From the NCBI GenBank assembly GCA_963823025.1, contig CAWGKH010000011.1, forward strand, positions 391,214 to 455,213: a stretch of DNA of 64,000 nt, read 5' to 3'. Every line of letters begins with the position of its first letter. The stretch's first letter is position 1. Below the pieces are notes generated by a model, which was given only the letters and a program-made list of their open reading frames with translations, made no database searches and was not told the DNA's origin. Positions 55,616 through 64,000 of this stretch are shown piece by piece. The translations under genes were made by a program, and so were the position numbers. This DNA is from an uncultured Planctomycetota bacterium. Its GTDB lineage: Bacteria; Planctomycetota; UBA1135; UBA2386.

Positions 55616-57064
55616 ATGACCAGCAGTGGCAGCGAGGCGGCCAAGGGCCGGCAGGAGCGGGGGAAGGGCGGAGATGCGGCGATGCCGCGGATGCGCTCCG
55701 TACTGCTCGTCGAGCCGGACCCCGCGCTGGCCGACCGACTCATCGAGGCTGCGTGGGCCTTCGGCGGGCTCGAGCCGATCCACGTCGAAGATCGGGAACG
55801 TGCCGAGGCCGCCCTTGCGAGTCACCGCGTCGACGTGGTCGTGTCGGCGACGATGCTGGCCGACGGCAGTGGGTTCCAGCTGCTGAGTCAGCTCCGGCAC
55901 TCGGGGGCGTACCGGGACCTGCCGTTCCTGTTCCTCGCCGACGACGCCCGCGTGAAGACCAAGATCGCCGCGTTTCGCATGGGTGCCCATGACTACCTGG
56001 TGAAACCAGTGGCGGTCGGTGAGCTGTGCGCGCGGATCACGTCCGCGTGTTGCCGGGTCGAGGAGGCGCGGGGGGCGGCGGTCGATCGCGGCTTCAGCCT
56101 CGCCGGCGACTTCGTCGGCATGAGCTTCTCCGAGCTGGTCGGTCTGCTCAACACGGGGCGGCGCAGCGGCCGGCTGTCGATCGAGACGCCCGAAGCGCGC
56201 GGGCAGCTCCTGCTCGTCGAGGGGCAGGTCTATCACGCGGCGTTCGGCGACCGCTGGGGCGAGGACGCGTTCTACGCGGTGCTGTTCGAGAGCGAGGGTC
56301 GGTTCGAGTTCCTGCCCGAGCGGCTCGATCGCAACGGCATCCCGAACACCGTCGCGCTGTCGCCGACCGCGCTCCTGGTCGAGGGTGCTCGACGGATCGA
56401 CGAAGCCGTGCGCAACGGTTCCTTGCCCGAGGCGGCGCGGCCCGCGAGGGCGGATGCGGGCACCGCGCCCGACCCGGCGCTGGCCGAGGCGCTCGCCGCC
56501 GAGCTGGCGCAGGCGGCAGGACGCGCGCACATCGTGCTCCGCGACGTTCCGTCGCTCGCCGACTGGACGCGCGCGGCCGCGGACGGCCCACAGGTGCTGG
56601 GAGCCGTCGTCAGCGATGCGCATCGGTTCGCGGCGTGGCTCGGTGAGGCCGGACCGTGCGCGCTCGACACGATGTTCGCGGAAGCGCTCGAACCGGGACC
56701 CCGCGCACCGTGTGTGTCGTGGTCGTTCTCGAACGGGCGGCGGTTCGACGCGTTGCTGCTCGATCACCGGTCGCCCGGCGGCGTCCTCGAAGGTGTGGGG
56801 CGCGAGCTGGCGTTCGTGATCGTCGCGCCGCCGCACGGCACGTGGAAGGACCTCGGCATCCGCGCACGAGCGGAGCTCACGTCCTTGCTCTCCAGGCTGC
56901 GGCCTCGCGCGGTGTTCGGCGTCGGTGTCGTCGGGTTGCAGGGCAAGCTCGAGGAGCTGATCGAGCAGGTCGGACTGACGTCGCGTTGTGAGATGTTGGA
57001 GGAGGAAGGCTCGCTGCTCGACTGGCTCCGCAGCGCGGTCGAGCGCTGGGGCACCGCGATCTGA
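55616..57064 (+). CDS. response regulator with an N-terminal receiver domain and a DUF4388 domain
   Basis: A REC-like N-terminus (VLLVEPDPALADRLIEA...VVVSATMLADGSG...HDYLVKP) is followed by DUF4388 (GMSFSELVGLLNTGRRSGRLSIETPEARGQLLLVEGQVYHAAFG). Confidence 0.65.
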   Translation: MTSSGSEAAKGRQERGKGGDAAMPRMRSVLLVEPDPALADRLIEAAWAFGGLEPIHVEDRERAEAALASHRVDVVVSATMLADGSGFQLLSQLRHSGAYRDLPFLFLADDARVKTKIAAFRMGAHDYLVKPVAVGELCARITSACCRVEEARGAAVDRGFSLAGDFVGMSFSELVGLLNTGRRSGRLSIETPEARGQLLLVEGQVYHAAFGDRWGEDAFYAVLFESEGRFEFLPERLDRNGIPNTVALSPTALLVEGARRIDEAVRNGSLPEAARPARADAGTAPDPALAEALAAELAQAAGRAHIVLRDVPSLADWTRAAADGPQVLGAVVSDAHRFAAWLGEAGPCALDTMFAEALEPGPRAPCVSWSFSNGRRFDALLLDHRSPGGVLEGVGRELAFVIVAPPHGTWKDLGIRARAELTSLLSRLRPRAVFGVGVVGLQGKLEELIEQVGLTSRCEMLEEEGSLLDWLRSAVERWGTAI

Positions 57065-57085
57065 CGCCGGGCGCTCCCGGCGCGG

Positions 57086-58308
57086 TCACTTGTCCTTCGC
57101 GCGCATCTTCTTCCGCGTCTCGATCCACTTGTCGAACGCCTCCTTCGTCGGAAGCTTGTTCCGGATCGTGTCGATCCAGACGCCGACGGTCTTGGCGTCG
57201 TAGTTGACGTCGTCGAGCGGCTGGTCCTCACCCACCTGCGGCGGGCGATAATCGACCGCGAGACCGTAGGTCATTTCCTCGAGCTTCTTGTTGATCGCGA
57301 ACGCGGTCATCGACTGGAAGCTGTCGGTGTAGTCGATCTGCCGCAGACCGTTGACCAGACCGTAGAGGCCGTAGTAGCCGATGTCCGCGAGCTCGTTCAT
57401 CGCGCGCGGGCTGGCGCCGGAACCGTCCATCGCGGTCTGGACGAGCTGCTCGATGTGCGCGCGCTGCTCGGCGGTGACCTCCGGCGGGTACTCGAGCGGC
57501 TGGGTCTCGGTCTTCGGATCGAAGAGCTGGTCCTTGGACGTGATCTTGGCGCCGTCGGCCGGCGGTGTCTGGTCCTTGGGTGGCGCCGTCTCCGCGGTCT
57601 TCGCGCTGGCTTCCGCCGCCTTGGTGTCGGTCGACTCCGGCGCACTCTCGGAGGGCGTCGTCGCCGATGGCTGATCGGTTGCGTCCGCAGCGTGCTCGCC
57701 GGTGTCACCGGCGTCGGTCTTTGCCGCATCGGTCTTGCCCGCATCCGGGTTGGCCGCGTCGGGCTTCGCCGCTTCGGAGTTGGCCGTGTCGGTCTTCGCC
57801 GGCTGGTCGCCTCCGCCCTGCTTCATCAGGATCACGATGCCGACGATCACGATCGCGACGAGGCCGATGGCGCTGCCGATCATGACGCCTTTGTTGCCAC
57901 CCCTCCCCGCCGGCTCGCGACGGCTGCGACCGCGGCGACCGGTTCCTTCGCCTTCGTCACCGTCCTCGGTGCGTGCGCCACGACGACCTCGCCGTGCAGC
58001 AGGCGCGGTGGCCTCGGCGGCGGCAGCTCCCGGGCGGGGCCGTCCCCGTGCGCTGCGCGTCGGCTTCGGGGACTCGGTCTTCGGATGGGCCGGCGCCGCG
58101 AGTGGCGTCGCCGGTCTGGCGGATGCGGGTCGAGCGGCAGCGGGTCGCGCCGACGCCGTGGCGGACCGCTGCTTCGTCGTCTCCGCGCGCTGCGCGGCGA
58201 CGTCGATCACCGCGCCGCAGGCCTTGCACTTGGCCTTGTCGGACGTGAACGACTCCGGCAGCTTGTACTTCGCGCCGCAGTTCTGACAGACGATCGGAGG
58301 GAGGGACA
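57086..58308 (-). CDS. membrane protein with an N-terminal zinc ribbon, one transmembrane segment, a T/A/P/D-rich linker and a conserved C-terminal domain (paralog 1)
   Basis: The ATG is at about 58308, so the upstream 215 codons of track ORF 57086-58954 are non-coding. The zinc ribbon is CQNCGAKYKLPESFTSDKAKCKACG. The transmembrane segment is IGSAIGLVAIVIVGIVILM. Confidence 0.5.
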
Positions 58309-58344
58309 TTCGGTTGCTCCGGGGGTGGGACGGGGAGAGGCGAG

Positions 58345-59769
58345 CTACTTCATGGTCCGCGACTTCTTCGGTGGTTCGCCGGGGAGCGGCTCTTCGTCCT
58401 CGTCGATCGCGAAGTCGATCTTGTCGCGGGAGGCGTTCCGGGCCCACCACGCGTACCACTGCTTCAGCGCGGACAGGCGTTCCGCCTGCACCGCTGCAGG
58501 ATCGTCCGTCTTGATCACGCCGGCACTGAAACCGAACCGTTGCCCGGTCATGTCGTAGAGCGCGGCGGTCACACGGTTGATCCGCAGGATGTTCTCTTGG
58601 TTGTCGAGCGGGGTCTCGTAGAGCGCGTTGAGCAGCCGCGGAATCGCGGGCTTGCCGATCTCCTTGAGGCGTTGCGTCGAGCGGAATGCGGTGGCACCCG
58701 GCGCGTTCAGGTCCATCAACTTGGCGATCAGCCCGTCGATCTCCTGGCGCAGCGGCTCCGGTGTGTCGTCGAGGTGACCAAGTGGGACGAGCTCGGCTTC
58801 CCGCACCACGACCTTCTCGCCGTGGAAGTCCGTCGTGCGGACCGTCTCTTCCTTGATCGTCTCGTGTCCGGTCGCGTGCGTGCCTTCGGTGACCGCGACG
58901 TCGCCGCCCGCAGCCGCGGGCTCCCGCGGGGCCGGGACGCGCGACGGGTCCCACCCGGTCACCCGAGCCGTGCCTTCGGAGATCTGAAAGCCCACCGGGA
59001 TCTCCGCGACGGGGTCACTCCAGTTCCGCCGGAATTCGTCGCGGACCGCGAGCGCCAGACGCACGTGGCCCTTGTTCGCGGCAGCCTCGGCCTTCTCGAT
59101 CTCGGCGCCGGTGACCTCGCACTCCCGGAAGAAGTGCGTGCGCTCGTCGTTGAGGAGCGCCTGGGTCACGCGATCTTCGACGTCTTCGGCGGAGCCGTTC
59201 AGATTCTCGATTCCGAGAAACGTGCGCAGCGCGCCGAAGTCCGACCGTCTCGAGAGGTCGAACGAGTTGCCGTTCTGCAGCGCCTTCATCCAATCGCTGA
59301 CGTCGCGGACGCGCGAGTTGCGAATCCCCGTCTCGACCACCGCGACTGCCGGTGCCTCGGGCCCGGTCGGCGTCGGGGTCCCGCTACTCGCGACGATCAC
59401 CCAGCCGCCGAGGATCATGAACACCAGGATGGCGCCGCCGACGATGAACGGCGTGGCGTTGCTCTGGGAGCTGATCCGGCGCTTGCTCGCCTTGCTCGGG
59501 GTGAACGCGCGCCCGCAGTTCTTGCACGCGATCTGCTGATCGAGGAGCTCGTTCGGGATGCGGTACTCGGTTCCGCACGCCGGACAGGGAACGGTCTGCT
59601 TGGTGCCGCGCAGCGTGCGGGTCGTCTCGCCGCTGCCGCCGTTGTTCGGTGCCGGAACCGGCGCGCTGCGGCGCGCTCCGCGCCGCGCGCGCGGGGGACG
59701 TCGTCTCGAAGCCAAAGGGACTCCTCGGGAGGGGCCGGGGGGGCGTGATTGCGTGGGCCGACGGCTCAC
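58345..59769 (-). CDS. membrane protein with an N-terminal zinc ribbon, one transmembrane segment and a conserved C-terminal domain (paralog 2)
   Basis: The zinc ribbon is [25 protein letters not shown]. The transmembrane segment is [20 protein letters not shown]. Its C-terminal block [30 protein letters not shown] aligns with LVNGLRQIDYTDSFQSMTAFAINKKLEEMT of paralog 1. Confidence 0.5.
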   Translation of the reverse strand: MSRRPTQSRPPGPSRGVPLASRRRPPRARRGARRSAPVPAPNNGGSGETTRTLRGTKQTVPCPACGTEYRIPNELLDQQIACKNCGRAFTPSKASKRRISSQSNATPFIVGGAILVFMILGGWVIVASSGTPTPTGPEAPAVAVVETGIRNSRVRDVSDWMKALQNGNSFDLSRRSDFGALRTFLGIENLNGSAEDVEDRVTQALLNDERTHFFRECEVTGAEIEKAEAAANKGHVRLALAVRDEFRRNWSDPVAEIPVGFQISEGTARVTGWDPSRVPAPREPAAAGGDVAVTEGTHATGHETIKEETVRTTDFHGEKVVVREAELVPLGHLDDTPEPLRQEIDGLIAKLMDLNAPGATAFRSTQRLKEIGKPAIPRLLNALYETPLDNQENILRINRVTAALYDMTGQRFGFSAGVIKTDDPAAVQAERLSALKQWYAWWARNASRDKIDFAIDEDEEPLPGEPPKKSRTMK

Positions 59770-59902
59770 CGTATCTCGGTCGCGTTCTCAGTGTCAACGG
59801 GAGCGCGCCGCGGGCGGTTCGCCTGCGGCGTGAGCCTCGGCCGTGGTGCCCGCGGCAACGACGATGCGGAACCGCCCTCCCGGCGGCACGATGGACGCAC
59901 GA

Positions 59903-61961
<2,059 letters not shown>

Positions 61962-61965
<4 letters not shown>

Positions 61966-63822
61966 GGCCGGCGATCGCCGAGCAGGTCGCATCGTTCCCG
62001 ACGGGTCCCGGTGTCTACGTGTTCCGCGATGCGCGGGGGCGCGCGCTCTACGTCGGCAAGGCAGCGAACCTGCGCGCACGCGTCCGCTCGTACCTGAAGC
62101 CGGGGGGCGATGGCCGGCCGATGCTGCCCTTCCTCGAGCGCGAGGCGCACTCGGTGGAGTTCCTGGTCGTCGGTACCGAGCAGGAAGCGTTGCTGCTCGA
62201 GGACACGATCGTCAAGCGCCAGAAGCCCCGCTACAACGTCAAGCTCAAGGACGACAAGGCGTTCCTGATGGTGCGGCTCGACCGCGGCGAAGCGTGGCCG
62301 TGGTTCCGCCTCGTGCGCCGGCGGCGCGACGACGGCGCCGAGGTACTTCGGACCGTTCGCGTCGGCCAAGTCCGTCCGGCGCACGCTCGCGCTCCTCTAC
62401 AAGGTGGTGCCGCTCCGCGATTGCAAGGACGGCTTCTTCCTGAACCGCTCCCGGCCCTGCATCAAGCACGAGATCGGTCGTTGTCCGGCGCCGTGCGTCG
62501 GTGCGATCTCGCGCGCCGACTACGAGAGTCATCTCGACGAGGCCGTCGCGATCCTGCGCGGCCGGTCCGGACCGGTGCTGAGACGTCTGCGCAGCGAGAT
62601 GGCCGGCGCCGCCCAGGCGCTCGAGTTCGAGCGCGCGCAGGCGCTGAAGGTGCAGATCGACGCGCTCGAGGCCGTCGCCGAACCCCAGTCGGTGGTGACC
62701 GCCACCGGTGATCAGGACGCGGTCGGCATCCATCGCGAGGACGATTCCGCGGTCGTCGTCGTGCTGATGTTCCGCGGCGGCCGGCTGGAAACCAGCCGGC
62801 GGTTCGAGGTGCCGTCCGCCCTGCCCGATGAGCTGTTGCTGGCCGACGTGCTCGCGCGCTTCTACCACGGGGATCGTTTCGTGCCCGCGGAGGTGCTCCT
62901 ACCGGGGGCGATCGAGGATCCCGACATCCTCGCGGACTGGCTGTCGGAGAAGCGGGGCGCGACGGTCGCGGTGCGCGTGCCCCAACGCGGGCGCGGGCGC
63001 CGTCACGTCGAGCTCGCGATGGAGAACGCGCGGCTGTCCGGCCGCGCGGCGACCGCGGCACCGGGGCAGCGAGCCGGCGCGGCCGAGGCGCTCGCCGAGA
63101 CTCTCGACCTGCCGGAGCCGCCGCAGCGCATCCACTGCATCGACGTGTCGACGATCCAGGGGCGGGCCACGGTCGCGTCCCGCGTGTGCTTCGTCGAGGG
63201 TCGGCCCGAGAAGGCGTTCTATCGACGCTTCTCGATCTCGGCCGCGGCGGCGGGTGACGACTTCTCGGCGATGCGGGAGGCGGTCGAACGCAGCCTGCGA
63301 CTCTGCGTCGACGCGACGGATGATCTGCTTCCCGACCTCCTGGTCCTCGACGGTGGCCGGGGGCAACTCGGCGCCGCGCTCGATGCCCTCGCGGCGCTCC
63401 GGCTCGCCACCGACGTGCCGGCGGTCGGACTCGCGAAGAGCCGGCTACGAGGTGTCGGCGAGGGTCGGCAGCGCACCGAGGAGCGCGTCTTCAAACCCGG
63501 CAACGCCGTTCCCGTGCCGCTCGCCGACGGTGCGCCGGAGACGCTGCTGATCACCGCGTTGCGGGATGAGGCCCACCGGTTCGCCATCACCTACCACCGC
63601 AAGGTGCGTGGTCGTCTGACGAGCGTGCTCGACGACGTCGAGGGTGTCGGTCCTGCGCGGCGGCGCGCGATCCTGCGTCACTTCGGCTCGCTCAAAGGCG
63701 TGCGGGCGGCGGGTCTCGACGAACTGAAGGCCGTGCCCGGTGTCCCCGGCGAGGTGGCGGAGCGGGTGTACGACGCGCTGCGGCGGTCGAGCGATGCCGG
63801 GGAGCGTCAGCCGCGCGGGTGA
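61962..63822 (+). CDS. uvrC: excinuclease ABC subunit C; one frameshift in this sequence
   Basis: A GTG start overlaps the uvrB stop. The GIY-YIG N-terminus is [27 protein letters not shown]. It continues as [27 protein letters not shown]... (ORF 62404-63822) after removal of a one-base insertion at about 62343. A C-terminal HhH motif is present. Confidence 0.9.
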
Positions 63823-64000
63823 CAGCGACCGTGCACGTCCCGGAGGCGGTCGCGATCGACGTGCGTGTAGACCTGCGTGGTCGCCAGCGACGCGTGGCCG
63901 AGCAGTTCCTGCACGGCGCGGAGGTCCGCACCGCCCGAGACCAGGTGGGTCGCGAACGAGTGCCGGAGGGAGTGCGGCGAGCAGGCGACGCGCACGCCCG
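63807..64000 (-). CDS. tyrosine site-specific recombinase of the XerC/XerD family; 3' (C-terminal) part only, the gene continues beyond the window end
   Basis: The C-terminal catalytic region is [39 protein letters not shown], which includes the R-H-R-Y box residues. The 5' end lies outside the window. Confidence 0.7.
   Translation of the reverse strand, partial: GVRVACSPHSLRHSFATHLVSGGADLRAVQELLGHASLATTQVYTHVDRDRLRDVHGRCHPRG

Overview
This is a very GC-rich bacterial chromosomal window; third codon positions are almost always G or C. I found no rRNA, no CRISPR array, and no transposase or phage genes. The only recombinase is a partial xerC/D-type gene at the 3' edge.

The gene content suggests a Myxococcota-like organism, but that is inference only. 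Supporting it are a REC-DUF4388 response regulator, a stand-alone DUF4388 protein, an ECF sigma/anti-sigma pair, zinc-ribbon membrane proteins, secreted proteins with carboxypeptidase-regulatory-like repeats, and an RRM protein.

I can support about 54 genes:
- Central carbon metabolism: glgA flanked by two paralogous ATP-grasp genes, a pckA-pfk-fbaB operon divergent from glk, and fumC.
- Sulfate activation: cysNC-cysD-cysC.
- One-carbon/SAM metabolism: ahcY preceded by an ArsR-methyltransferase fusion, and an O-methyltransferase / zinc-dehydrogenase / methyltransferase cassette.
- Other conserved genes: fadE, ggt, uvrB-uvrC, tRNA-Leu(TAA) and tRNA-Cys(GCA).
- Two SPFH-type membrane modules: flotillin-NfeD, and a COG4260 SPFH protein with a zinc-ribbon partner followed by TlpA- and thioredoxin-like genes.
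- An ECF sigma / anti-sigma / secreted-protein module.
- Several secreted proteins, two of which share an unannotated C-terminal domain.

At least 19 single-base indels (mostly one-base insertions) break otherwise well-conserved genes: fbaB three times, pckA, the SPFH gene twice, its partner twice, the flotillin four times, the ECF sigma, uvrB, uvrC and three secreted-protein genes. Because of this the supplied six-frame ORF track is fragmented. I reconstructed gene spans across the shifts by following conserved protein sequence from frame to frame. Assembly or sequencing error is the most economical explanation, but pseudogenisation cannot be excluded from sequence alone.
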